Below, piece after piece: positions 49,774-59,686 of a DNA stretch of 64,000 nt. The notes under the pieces are model-generated. The model was not told the DNA's origin. It saw only the letters and a program-made list of their open reading frames with translations, and did not search any database. This stretch comes from an uncultured Gemmatimonadaceae bacterium (GTDB lineage: Bacteria > Gemmatimonadota > Gemmatimonadetes > Gemmatimonadales > Gemmatimonadaceae), in contig CAWFQK010000004.1 of assembly GCA_963817955.1 (NCBI GenBank), forward strand, positions 544,001-608,000. The letters are read 5' to 3'. Both the position numbers and the translations under genes were made by a program. Every line of letters begins with the position of its first letter. Position 1 is the stretch's first letter.

Positions 49774-50447
49774 GGGAGTCTGGCGATCACTTGGTCACGG
49801 TAGCGAAGGTCTATCTCGGCCGGGCGAATCTGCTTGCGGCTGAGATCTGCTTCGACTGGCTCGATATCGGCAAGGCGGTCCAACGTCACATCCTGCATGG
49901 CACGCACCGGCTCCGTCGCGAGCTCGAACAGCAGCTCGTCCCGCCCCACGCGTCGTACGGCGCTCACGCGGGCATACAACGTTGGTCTGCCGACGCGTAA
50001 TTCGCCCAGGAGCCGAAGCAGGGCGGTATCGCGCTGCATCAACACCGGTGCATCGACAGTAACACGCGCCGGGTCGATTGGAAGCGCGACCCCACGCCCA
50101 TCATACACGCGTAGCCCGCCAGCAGACGGCACGAGCGCCACCGGCGTGCGCTCCGTCACCTCGACGACGAGCGTTCCCGGCAGCTTGCGGTGGATCACGA
50201 CGCGTTCGACGGCCGGATGGCTGGCGACGCGGGCCTCGATCGGCCCTATCGGATCCCAGACGGACGACATCGTATCGACGTGCAAGCGCCCCAGAATGTC
50301 ACTGGGGGGAAGGTAACGCGCGCCCAGGATCTCGATCCGGTGCACGTGAAAGAAGGCCATGCGCCGCATGATCAGCGGCATCCAGAGCGGCGCAGCGAGG
50401 ACAAGCAACGCGCAGATTCCGAAGAGCGCGAGCTTGTAACGCCTCAT
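49770..50447 (-). CDS. ftsQ: Cell division protein FtsQ/DivIB
   Basis: N-terminal TM, POTRA domain (FHVHRIEILG...RKLPGTLVVEVTER), C-terminal IDLRY. Sits between murC and ftsA. Confidence 0.9.
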   Translation of the reverse strand: MRRYKLALFGICALLVLAAPLWMPLIMRRMAFFHVHRIEILGARYLPPSDILGRLHVDTMSSVWDPIGPIEARVASHPAVERVVIHRKLPGTLVVEVTERTPVALVPSAGGLRVYDGRGVALPIDPARVTVDAPVLMQRDTALLRLLGELRVGRPTLYARVSAVRRVGRDELLFELATEPVRAMQDVTLDRLADIEPVEADLSRKQIRPAEIDLRYRDQVIARLP

Positions 50448-51814
50448 CGTGTCAACCTGGCGAGCAGTTCCGGGCCACACTTCGTGATGTCGCCCGCGCC
50501 GATCGTCAACACCACATCACCGGCACGCAGGAAGTCGGCGAGGGCACCGGCCAATGCCGCGCAGTCACCCCGCCACACGAGCGTCCCCCCGGCGCGAGCG
50601 AGTGCGTCAGCGACGAGCGTCGACGTCACGCCGGCGATTGGCTGTTCGCGCGCCGGGTAGATCTCTGTGAGAAACACGGCATCGGCAATGGCCAATGACG
50701 CACCGAACTCGCGCGCGAAATCCCGGGTGCGGGTGAAGAGGTGGGGCTGGAACGCAGCCACCAGACGCCGATCGGGGTACGCGATGCGCGCCGTTGCCAG
50801 CGCGGCGGCAACCTTGGCTGGATTATGGGCGTAGTCGTCCACGACGACGATATCCCGCGCTTCGCCGATCACCTGGAATCGGCGTTCAACGCCAGCGTAG
50901 GACGCCAGACCAGCGGCCATGTCCACAACATTGGCGCCGAGGACCAGTCCCGTGGCGATGGCAGCGAGGGCGTTGAGAACATTGTGACGCCCGGGAATAT
51001 TCAGCTCGACGGCGCCGAGGTCTTCGTCATCGAAGCGCACGCGAAAGTTGCCCCCCCCACGCTGCAATACAAGATCACATGCACGGACGCGCGCGTCAGG
51101 CGAATCAATGCCATACCGCACCACCTCGGTGCTGCTCGGCGTCGGCAGCGCATTCGACCCGGCGTCGTCGGCGCAGAGCACGATGTGGCGTGCGCCACGA
51201 ACGAACTGCGTGAACGCGCGTTTGATGTCGGCGAGATCGGCGTAGATATCGAGGTGATCCGCCTCGACATTGGTGACGACGGCGACCGTCGGCGACAGCG
51301 CGAGGAAGGATCGATCGTATTCGTCCGCCTCGACGACGTAGAGGCGATCGCTGCCATGGAGCAGGTTTCCTTGCCACGTCCCCACGCGGCCGCCAACGAT
51401 GGCGGTCGGATGGCGTCCCGCCGCGGCGAGCGCCGTCGCTGTCATCACGGTCGTCGTGGTCTTGCCGTGGGTGCCAGCGATGCCGACGAGCTCGCGGCCG
51501 GCGGTCACTTCCCCCAGCGCTTCCGCGCGTCGAATGACGGGCACGTTCAATTCGCGCGCGCGAACGAGCTCCGGGTGATCCTTCGGCATGGCCGACGTCA
51601 CGACGAGCGCACGTGCGTGCTCGACGTGCGCGGGATCATGTGTCGTAACGTCGACGCCGAGTCGGCGGAGATCGTCGGCGGATGCGGGATTGGCGTCGCA
51701 TCCGGTGATCGGCACACCGCGTTGGAGAAACAGTTCGGCCAACGCGCTCATCCCGGCGCCGGCAATACCTACGAAGTGGATTGGGCGAGGATCGGATGAG
51801 TCAACGAGTGCCAT
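50444..51814 (-). CDS. murC: UDP-N-acetylmuramate--L-alanine ligase
   Basis: HFVGIAGAGMSALA, GTHGKTTTT, EADEYD, DDYAHNP, FQPH. Confidence 0.97.
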   Translation of the reverse strand: MALVDSSDPRPIHFVGIAGAGMSALAELFLQRGVPITGCDANPASADDLRRLGVDVTTHDPAHVEHARALVVTSAMPKDHPELVRARELNVPVIRRAEALGEVTAGRELVGIAGTHGKTTTTVMTATALAAAGRHPTAIVGGRVGTWQGNLLHGSDRLYVVEADEYDRSFLALSPTVAVVTNVEADHLDIYADLADIKRAFTQFVRGARHIVLCADDAGSNALPTPSSTEVVRYGIDSPDARVRACDLVLQRGGGNFRVRFDDEDLGAVELNIPGRHNVLNALAAIATGLVLGANVVDMAAGLASYAGVERRFQVIGEARDIVVVDDYAHNPAKVAAALATARIAYPDRRLVAAFQPHLFTRTRDFAREFGASLAIADAVFLTEIYPAREQPIAGVTSTLVADALARAGGTLVWRGDCAALAGALADFLRAGDVVLTIGAGDITKCGPELLARLTR

Positions 51815-51899
51815 ACGGGGAAGATAGTTGGAACGGCGGAGCGGTGCGGCTCATCGCGCAGAACTCATAACGGGAATGTGGATCGCGTTTGGCACGGCT

Positions 51900-53012
51900 C
51901 TACCGTTCCACGGCTCTCCCGTCAACAAGGTCCAGTATCCGCGCTGCGATCTCGTCCGCCGCATGCGGCCGGGCCCGCGCGTCGGCACCGGCGGCGAGGC
52001 GAGCCAGTTCGGCGGGCGTTTCGAGGAGCCGGCGGACGGTTCCGTCCAAGCGTTCGACGGTGAACTGCGTCTGCGGAATGTGAATCGCCGCACCGGCCCG
52101 CTCGAGCGTGACGGCGTTCGTCGTCTGGTGATCTGCCGCGGCGGTCGGGAGGGGTATGAGAATGCCAGGGATTCCCCAAGCGAACAGCTCGGCCGTCGTC
52201 ATCGCGCCGGCGCGGGAAACGGCGAGGTCTGCCGCCGCGTACGCGTCGCCGATCGGGGCGAGATAGTCCCGCACGCGCACCTGCGGGCTCTCGCAGCGAG
52301 TGAACTCGGCATGCGTGCCGCGACCGGTGCCCCAAATGACGTACAGGTTGTCGGGTAGGCCCTGGGCCACCCACTCCGCAACGACCCGATTGATCGCCAG
52401 GGATCCCTGGCTGCCTCCGTACACGAGCAGCACGTGCCCGCCCGAGCGCGGAAACCCCCACCGCTCGCGCGCAGCCGCGTGATCGGGACGGACGGCGGGT
52501 GGCGCCTCGATCGGCGCGCCCGTGTCGATGAGTGAACCCTCATGGTGCGCGCGTAGCGCGCCGGCGGCTTCGGGAAAGTTCAGGTAGATCTCTCGCGACC
52601 AGCGACTGAACGCCCGCGCCGTGAGTCCAGGCAGGCTATCCCCCACTTGTTGCACGATGGGAAGACGATGGACGACACTGTACGCGAGCATGAGACCCGC
52701 GGCGTAGCCGCCGGTGCCCACCACGACCGCCGGCGGCTCGGCATCGATCAGTCGGCCGATGTGTCGCCAGGCGCCGACGGCGCCGGCGATCGTCTTCGCA
52801 TTCTTCCAGACCGCCGTGCGATACAGCGGATGCAGGTCGAGCAGCGCGTGCGGGAATTCCGTTTTTGGCAATACCTCACGCTCGATACCGCGCTGCGCGC
52901 CCACGAAGAACGGCGTCACGCTCGGACGAGCGCGCACGAGCGCGCGCGCAATGGCGATCCCTGGGTAGAGGTGGCCGCCAGTGCCTCCCCCTGCGAAGAT
53001 GATGCGCGTCAT
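51900..53012 (-). CDS. murG: Lipid II GlcNAc transferase
   Basis: GGGTGGH, GTGGY, GGSQGS, SRAGA, HQTTNA. Confidence 0.97.
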   Translation of the reverse strand: MTRIIFAGGGTGGHLYPGIAIARALVRARPSVTPFFVGAQRGIEREVLPKTEFPHALLDLHPLYRTAVWKNAKTIAGAVGAWRHIGRLIDAEPPAVVVGTGGYAAGLMLAYSVVHRLPIVQQVGDSLPGLTARAFSRWSREIYLNFPEAAGALRAHHEGSLIDTGAPIEAPPAVRPDHAAARERWGFPRSGGHVLLVYGGSQGSLAINRVVAEWVAQGLPDNLYVIWGTGRGTHAEFTRCESPQVRVRDYLAPIGDAYAAADLAVSRAGAMTTAELFAWGIPGILIPLPTAAADHQTTNAVTLERAGAAIHIPQTQFTVERLDGTVRRLLETPAELARLAAGADARARPHAADEIAARILDLVDGRAVER

Positions 53013-53031
53013 GGGACCATCGGCTGCATCG

Positions 53032-54243
53032 TCACCCGGTGGAGACGGCCAACGGATCAGTCGCTTTGCTGCCGATCACTCGCTCCTTCATGCTGCCGAT
53101 GTTCACGAGAATCCCGGTGAAGAGCATGGTCAGCACGAGGTTCGAGCGGCCGTATGATACGAATGGCAACGTGAGGCCGGTGGTCGGGAGCAGACCAATC
53201 ACGACGCCAATGTGCAGAAAGGCCGTCAATACGGTCGTGAACGTCAGCCCCACCGCCACGAGTTGCAGAAACGGGGTCCGCGCCTGGCGGGCGATACGAA
53301 AACCGAACAACGCGTACATCGCGAAGGCGACGGTGATTCCAACGATGCCGATGAACCCCCACTCCTCGCCCACATTACTCGCCACGAAATCGCTGTACGG
53401 AAAGGGGACGAACATCGCCTGTTGCATCCCTTCCCCGAAGCCGCGTCCCACGAGCCGGCCAGATCCAACGGCGATGAGCGATTGCTGAAGCTGGAAACTC
53501 ACGGCCTCGGGTGCGTTACCCGGGTGCATGAACGCCGTGATGCGCGACAAGGCGTAGCGCCATTTCTCGATCTTCGTCAGCGCCACGGGCAGGCACATCG
53601 CGCCGAGGGCAATGAAGTGGCTCATCCGCGCGCCGCCCACGAAGAGCAGCAGGGCCATGAGCAACGTGAAGAGCATGGCGACCGACAGATCCGGTTCGAG
53701 CGCGGCGAGCAGATCGAGGAGACCGATGATCACGAGAAATGGTACGAGCCCTTTCGTCAGACGCCGCAGGCTGTCGCCCTTCTTCACGACGAGCATCGAA
53801 ACCCAGACGACCACGGTCAGCTTTCCGAACTCCGATGGCTGAAAGGACGCGCCCACCAGAAAGCGACGCGAGCCGTGGATCGTCGGCGCAATCGACGCCG
53901 GCAGCACGAGCACGGCCACCATGGTCGCAACGGTAAACCAGAGAATGGGCCATGCCCACGCGTGCAAACGCTCGGCGTCGAATTTGGCGGCGATCGCGAA
54001 CACGACCACGCCCCCGCAGACGCCGCCAATCTGCTTGGTGAGGAAATACGTGCTCGACCCATGCTCGTTGATCGCGACGAAGGCGCTGGCGCTGTACAGG
54101 ACCGCCAGCCCGAACGCCGTCAGGACGGCGCTGATGAGCACGAGACCGCGCGCCTCCGGTCCCATCCGCCACCGCTCACGTATGTCGGCGACGGACGCCG
54201 CCGCAGCCCGATTCCGTTCCTTGCGTCTTGGGCCTTCCATCAC
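53032..54243 (-). CDS. ftsW: SEDS peptidoglycan polymerase FtsW
   Basis: FQPSEFGK, EPD, QSLIAVGSG, SDF...GEEWG, PTTGLTLPFVSYG. Confidence 0.95.
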   Translation of the reverse strand: MMEGPRRKERNRAAAASVADIRERWRMGPEARGLVLISAVLTAFGLAVLYSASAFVAINEHGSSTYFLTKQIGGVCGGVVVFAIAAKFDAERLHAWAWPILWFTVATMVAVLVLPASIAPTIHGSRRFLVGASFQPSEFGKLTVVVWVSMLVVKKGDSLRRLTKGLVPFLVIIGLLDLLAALEPDLSVAMLFTLLMALLLFVGGARMSHFIALGAMCLPVALTKIEKWRYALSRITAFMHPGNAPEAVSFQLQQSLIAVGSGRLVGRGFGEGMQQAMFVPFPYSDFVASNVGEEWGFIGIVGITVAFAMYALFGFRIARQARTPFLQLVAVGLTFTTVLTAFLHIGVVIGLLPTTGLTLPFVSYGRSNLVLTMLFTGILVNIGSMKERVIGSKATDPLAVSTG

Positions 54244-55643
54244 CCCCGCTCTGCCGAAGCGCCGGCGGCAAGGTGCTTGAACACCGTTCCCCGCTGCTCA
54301 TAGTTGTCGAACATGTCGTAGCTCGAGCAGGCCGGAGACAACAGCACCACATCGCCCCGCTGCGCCAGCCGCCGCGCCGTCGCGACCACCTCGTCGAACG
54401 ACGATCCCACGCGCGTCAACGGCACGGCACCGGCCAGATCTTTTTCGACCAGAGGCGCCGCCTCGCCGTACGCGATCACCGCGCGAGCCGTCCGCTTGAG
54501 CTCGGGAATGAGACCGGTGTACGGCTCGCCCTTGTGCTTGCCACCCAGGAGCAGCACGGTGGGGTTGGCCATGCCGCGCATGGCGACCAGGGTGGACGCG
54601 ACGTTGGTCGATTTGGAATCGTTGATCCAGGTGACGCCATCAAACTTCCCCACGGTCTCGATCCGGTGCTCGAGCGCGTTGAAGCTCTTGAGCCCTCGAG
54701 CGATCGCGGACATCGAGGTCGCGCTGCGATGCGCTTGATCGGCGACCATGACCGCGAGTGACGCCGCGAGCGCGTTGGCCACGTTGTGGTCACCGAGCAG
54801 GGAAAACTCGCCGCGGTGAATGAGTGGGTACCCCAGCACGACGAGCATGCCCGACGTGCGGTCATAGTACGCATCGCTTCGACGCTCGACCGAAAAGCGG
54901 CCCTGCATGCCTGGCACGTCCTCAGTCATCGACTGCACATCGGCATCGTCGGCATTCGTCACCCAGTGCGACGCCGGCGTCGCGTTTCGAAACATCATCG
55001 CCTTGTCGGCAAAATACCCGGCAACGCTGTCGTACCGGTCGAGATGATTCGCGGCGAGATTCGTCAGTACGCCGACGCGCGGGTTGATGCTCGGCGTGTC
55101 GTGGAGTTGGAACGACGAAACCTCGAGCGCCACCCATTCGGGGGGGGTCTGCGACAGAGCAAGCTCAGTGAGTGGCGTACCGATATTGCCCGCCGCTTGC
55201 GCCCGACGCCCGAGCGCCTTGAGCAGGTGTCCCGTCAACGCCGTGGTCGTGGTCTTTCCGTTCGTGCCGGTGATGGCGATGTACTCGAGGTTCGGCAAGA
55301 ACCGGAGCCCCATCTCGATCTCGCTGACGATGGCAATGCCCGCCTGGCGAGCCGCGACGAACGGCGGCGCGGTGGGCGGCACACCAGGGCTGGCGACGAC
55401 GAGCGACGCTCGGGCGATGCGTTCCAGGTCGTGCCCTCCGAGCTGGACGTCGATCTGGTCACGATGGAGCTCCAGCGCGCTCGCCTCCAGCGCCGGCGAC
55501 CGGCTGGCATCAGATGCGTAGACATTCGCTCCCGCCTGAGCGAGCAAATGGGCGGCCGCGCGGCCGCTGCGCGCCAGCCCCACGACGGCGATCTCGCCGC
55601 GCAACCACTCCGGTCGCATTGCCGGATCCGCATTTCGTTCCAT
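54240..55643 (-). CDS. murD: UDP-MurNAc-L-Ala--D-glutamate ligase
   Basis: GLARSG, SPG, TGTNGKTTT, EVSSFQL, NDSKSTN, SPACSSYDMF. Confidence 0.97.
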   Translation of the reverse strand: MERNADPAMRPEWLRGEIAVVGLARSGRAAAHLLAQAGANVYASDASRSPALEASALELHRDQIDVQLGGHDLERIARASLVVASPGVPPTAPPFVAARQAGIAIVSEIEMGLRFLPNLEYIAITGTNGKTTTTALTGHLLKALGRRAQAAGNIGTPLTELALSQTPPEWVALEVSSFQLHDTPSINPRVGVLTNLAANHLDRYDSVAGYFADKAMMFRNATPASHWVTNADDADVQSMTEDVPGMQGRFSVERRSDAYYDRTSGMLVVLGYPLIHRGEFSLLGDHNVANALAASLAVMVADQAHRSATSMSAIARGLKSFNALEHRIETVGKFDGVTWINDSKSTNVASTLVAMRGMANPTVLLLGGKHKGEPYTGLIPELKRTARAVIAYGEAAPLVEKDLAGAVPLTRVGSSFDEVVATARRLAQRGDVVLLSPACSSYDMFDNYEQRGTVFKHLAAGASAERG

Positions 55644-55648
55644 GGCGC

Positions 55649-56797
55649 TCAGCGAAGCTTGAGGGTGCTCAGCGCAAAGAAAGCGCAGAGAATGCCGATG
55701 ATCCAGAATCGAACGACAACCTGCGTTTCCTGCCAGCCCAACTCCTCGAAATGATGATGCATGGGCGCTCGCCGAAAGACGCGATGTCCCTGCGCGTACG
55801 CCAAGCCGTACCGCCGGCGACGATACTTGAACACGAAACGCTGCAAGATCACCGATACCATCTCAGCGACAAACACCGCGCCGACGAAGGCGAGCACGAA
55901 TTCGGATTTGAGCAGAATCGCCACCGCGCCGAGCGCACCGCCCAGCGCCAACGAACCGGTGTCCCCCATGAATACATCCGCCGGATGCGTATTGTACCAG
56001 AGGAATCCGATCAACGCACCGACCATCGCCAGACAGAACACGGTGAGCTCGCCCGACCCCTCGAGGTAGAACACGTTCAGATACCGGCTGATGTCCACCC
56101 GGCCAATGATGTACGAAAAGATGGCGAACGTGCCGAAGGCGATCGCCGACAAACCAGCCGCCAGGCCGTCGAGGCCGTCGGTGATGTTCACGGCGTTACT
56201 GGTGCCCGTCAATATGAATGTCGTGAACAATACGTACAGCCAGGCGAAGCCTGCCAGCGGCGTCACGAGGTAGTACTTGAAGAACGGCAGCGTGGTGGAC
56301 GCGCCTGGCAGGTCGGGCGCCAGAGGGTAGTGCCAGAGATACCAACCGAGCGCCAGTCCAGCCGTCACCTGACCCATCAGCTTGTACCGTTCGACGAGGC
56401 CGCGATTCTTCTCGCCGCGTCGTTTCTGCCGCAGCTTGAGATAATCGTCAAGCAACCCGATCACACCCATCCAGAGGGTGAGAAATATGGCAATGAGGAG
56501 ATAGGGCCTCGACAGGCTGAAACGTCCCCACAGCAGGATCGACAGGATCGCGCTGTTGAGAATGATCAGGCCGCCCATTGTTGGCGTCTTGCCTTTGCCG
56601 GCGTGCGAATCCGGCGTGCCTTCGCGCACCCCCTGCTCCACCGACTGGCGTTTCAGCGCGCGCAGAATGATCGGACCACCAATGAACGACAACAGCAAGG
56701 CTGTCACGGCCGCGCCAACGGCGCGGAACGAGATGTACGTGAAGACGTTGAGGATCTTGAAGTGCTTCGCCAGTGGAAGCAAGAAGTGATAGAGCAA
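55649..56797 (-). CDS. mraY: Phospho-MurNAc-pentapeptide transferase
   Basis: TPTMGG, DDYLK, NAVNITDGLDGL, FMGDTGS, APMHHHFE. Confidence 0.97.
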   Translation of the reverse strand: MLYHFLLPLAKHFKILNVFTYISFRAVGAAVTALLLSFIGGPIILRALKRQSVEQGVREGTPDSHAGKGKTPTMGGLIILNSAILSILLWGRFSLSRPYLLIAIFLTLWMGVIGLLDDYLKLRQKRRGEKNRGLVERYKLMGQVTAGLALGWYLWHYPLAPDLPGASTTLPFFKYYLVTPLAGFAWLYVLFTTFILTGTSNAVNITDGLDGLAAGLSAIAFGTFAIFSYIIGRVDISRYLNVFYLEGSGELTVFCLAMVGALIGFLWYNTHPADVFMGDTGSLALGGALGAVAILLKSEFVLAFVGAVFVAEMVSVILQRFVFKYRRRRYGLAYAQGHRVFRRAPMHHHFEELGWQETQVVVRFWIIGILCAFFALSTLKLR

Positions 56798-56807
56798 CAG
56801 GCTTGGA

Positions 56808-58205
56808 TTAGGGGGTGTGAGAGCGTGCAGCCCAGCTTACGATCGGCTCGACCAGCCGTTCGAGGCGCATGCCGCGAGAGCCTTTGAGGAGAATAACGGC
56901 GTCCGGCGCCAGTCGCGATGCGAGCGACGACCAGAGTTCGGTGACGTCACTCGCCGTGATGACGCGCGAATCGTGAGGCGCGATACGCCGGAGTGCCAAC
57001 GCGAACTCTCCGATGCCGGCCACAATCTCGATGCCGGCGTCGAGCGCCTCGCGCACCACTTCATCGTGCAGCCGCGGCGTCTCGGGACCAAGCTCGAGCA
57101 TCGTGGCGAGAACCGCCACGCGCTGGCGCCCGGTACCAGCGTGTTGCAGCAATTCGATCGCCGCGCGTGCTGAACCAGGATTCGAATTATAGGCGTCGTT
57201 GATCAACGTCGCCGTCCCATGCTGCACCCAATTCACGCGCATGGGAGGCGCCACGATGCCAGCAATGCCGCGACCCGCGTCAGCGATCGAGACGCCGAGC
57301 TCGCGCGCCACCGCCAAGGCCAGGATTGCGTTCCGCAGGTTGTGCACGCCGCGCAGCGGCACGTCGATCGTGACGCCCGAGACCGTCAAGGACCCGTGGC
57401 CGTCCGCGTGCAACCGCCACGCGCTGGCGTGATAGTCTCCGGCGTCCAGGCCGGCGGTCACGACGCGCTGACAGCGCGCGCGCGCCGCGTCGACCACCTC
57501 CGGCTGTGATGCCGGAACGACGGCCATGTCCACCCCCTCGACTGCCGCCAATTCCTCGCGCAGCACACCGTCGAGATCACCGAGCCCCTCGAGGTGCTCC
57601 TCGGCGACAGAGGTTACCACGGTCACGGTCGGCTCGACGATGGCACGCAGCCGAGGCACCTCGCCGGGCTGGTTCGTGCCCATCTCGACCACGGCAACGT
57701 CCGCCGCGTCTGGAATCGCAAGCAGCGTCAGCGGCACGCCGATCAGGTTATTCAGATTCCCCGCCGTCGCATGTACCGTGAGCGTGCTCCCGAGCGCCGC
57801 GCGGATCAACTCTTTCGTGCTGGTCTTTCCATTCGTGCCCACGACGCCAACGACTGGCTTGTTCCAGGCGCGGCGCCGGTAGGCGCCCAGCGCACCAAGG
57901 GCGACGAGTGTATCAGGAACTTCATACACGGGCACAGCGAGGTCGTGCGCAGCGCTGGCGCGTGACACGACGACACCGGCAGCGCCCTTCGCAACGGCAT
58001 CCTTCAGAAAATCATGCGCGTCGAAGCGTTCGCCGATGAGCGCAACGAAGAGATCGCCAGCCTCGACGGTGCGTGTGTCGGTCCACACCCGTCCGTACGC
58101 GGCCGAGCGCGGCAGATCGTCCGTCGCGGAAAGCGGAGCCAACGCGTCGGCGACGCGATCGGCGGTCCAGAAGTGCGTCGTGGAAATTGTGGCCGGCATG
58201 CTCAT
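56808..58205 (-). CDS. murF: UDP-MurNAc-tripeptide--D-Ala-D-Ala ligase
   Basis: DTR, GTNGKTSTKE, NNLIGVP, EMG, INDAYNSNP, LKGSRG. Confidence 0.96.
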   Translation of the reverse strand: MSMPATISTTHFWTADRVADALAPLSATDDLPRSAAYGRVWTDTRTVEAGDLFVALIGERFDAHDFLKDAVAKGAAGVVVSRASAAHDLAVPVYEVPDTLVALGALGAYRRRAWNKPVVGVVGTNGKTSTKELIRAALGSTLTVHATAGNLNNLIGVPLTLLAIPDAADVAVVEMGTNQPGEVPRLRAIVEPTVTVVTSVAEEHLEGLGDLDGVLREELAAVEGVDMAVVPASQPEVVDAARARCQRVVTAGLDAGDYHASAWRLHADGHGSLTVSGVTIDVPLRGVHNLRNAILALAVARELGVSIADAGRGIAGIVAPPMRVNWVQHGTATLINDAYNSNPGSARAAIELLQHAGTGRQRVAVLATMLELGPETPRLHDEVVREALDAGIEIVAGIGEFALALRRIAPHDSRVITASDVTELWSSLASRLAPDAVILLKGSRGMRLERLVEPIVSWAARSHTP

Positions 58206-59686
58206 CGAGCACTGGAGGTTGCTGTCGCCGTGGACAGCTCGGCGACGATCTGCTTCTCGTCGAAGGGCACTTTCGTGGTGCCGCGGACCTGGTACGTCTC
58301 GTGTCCCTTCCCCGCCAATATGATGACGTCCCGCGGCGACGCCACCTCGAGCGCGCGCGCGATTGCGGCGCGCCGATCTTCCGTGCGCTCGTGGTTGTCC
58401 TTGGTCATTCCGCTCTCGATCTCATCGAGGATATCGTTCGGATCTTCGGTGCGCGGATTGTCACTCGTGACGATCGCCAGGTCCGCTTTGGCTTCGGCGA
58501 TGGCGCCCATGACCGCGCGCTTGCCGCGATCGCGATCGCCTCCGCAGCCAAAAACAACGATCAGGCGCTCCGGGGCAAACGGACGCACGGCGTCGAGCGC
58601 GCGCGCGAGCGCGTCGGGTGTGTGCGCGTAATCGCGCAGAACCGTGGGCGCATCGCGCAGCACCTCGAGGCGGCCCGGCACCTGTGGCATGGATGACAAC
58701 CGCTCACCGATGCGCTCGCGCGGTGCGCCGAGCGCATAGGCGGTTGCCGCCGCACCAAGCGCATTGATCACGTTGAAGTCACCGATCAAGGGGAGACGCA
58801 CGGGCGTACCGGCTCCATCCAGCACCAGTGTCCATTCGCTTCCGCGCGGGCCGTAGCACACGTTCGCGGCATGGGCCTCGGCGGCCGGCACACGTTGGCT
58901 GAAGGCAACGCGACGACGGTCCGTCTTCAGCTCACGCCATGCGGGGTCGTCCAGGTTGAACACGACGGTGCCGTGCGGCAGGAGATAATCGATCAACTTC
59001 GCCTTGGCGGCGAAGTACTGCTCCATTGTTCCGTGATAATCGAGATGGTCGCGTGTGAAGTTCGTGAAGGTCACCACGTCGAACGACATGCCGTCGATGC
59101 GGTGCTGATCGAGCGAATGCGACGACACTTCCACGGCTACGGTCCGTACGCCGGCGTCGTGGAGTGCGCGGAGCACGCGCTGCAGCTCGATGGGACCGGG
59201 CGTCGTGAGGCCGCCACCGCCTTCGAGCGGAATGCCATCACTGCCGATCAGGATCCCGAGCGTGCCGATGGATGCGCTGCGCGCCGCCGCGTCGTCGAGC
59301 AGGTGGCGCAGCATGTTGACCGTCGTCGTCTTGCCATTCGTACCAGTGACGCCAATGAGCTGCAGCTCACGCGCTGGCCAGCCGTAGGCGGCCGCGGCAG
59401 CGACCGCGGCGGCACGGCGGCCGTCGTTCACGACGAGCGATGGGAGCGACGTGCGAGTCGGGTCTTCGACGATTGCTACCGTCGCGCCGGCACTGGCCGC
59501 CGGGCCGAGATAGTCGTGGCCATCGCGCTCGGAACCGCAGACCGCCACGAACAGAAACCCCGTTCGCACGGCCCGGCTATCGTCGGCGATACCGGTGACC
59601 AAGCCAGAAGGCGGCGTGCCCCGCCGCTCGACGAGAAGACCGGCCTCGTCGAGCGCCTGCGCGATCGTAGCGATATCAGCGTGCAT
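58202..59686 (-). CDS. murE: UDP-MurNAc-dipeptide--meso-DAP ligase
   Basis: TGTNGKTT, EVSSH, DHLDYH, DYAHTPD, DNPR (meso-DAP specificity), AGKGHE. Confidence 0.97.
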   Translation of the reverse strand: MHADIATIAQALDEAGLLVERRGTPPSGLVTGIADDSRAVRTGFLFVAVCGSERDGHDYLGPAASAGATVAIVEDPTRTSLPSLVVNDGRRAAAVAAAAAYGWPARELQLIGVTGTNGKTTTVNMLRHLLDDAAARSASIGTLGILIGSDGIPLEGGGGLTTPGPIELQRVLRALHDAGVRTVAVEVSSHSLDQHRIDGMSFDVVTFTNFTRDHLDYHGTMEQYFAAKAKLIDYLLPHGTVVFNLDDPAWRELKTDRRRVAFSQRVPAAEAHAANVCYGPRGSEWTLVLDGAGTPVRLPLIGDFNVINALGAAATAYALGAPRERIGERLSSMPQVPGRLEVLRDAPTVLRDYAHTPDALARALDAVRPFAPERLIVVFGCGGDRDRGKRAVMGAIAEAKADLAIVTSDNPRTEDPNDILDEIESGMTKDNHERTEDRRAAIARALEVASPRDVIILAGKGHETYQVRGTTKVPFDEKQIVAELSTATATSSAR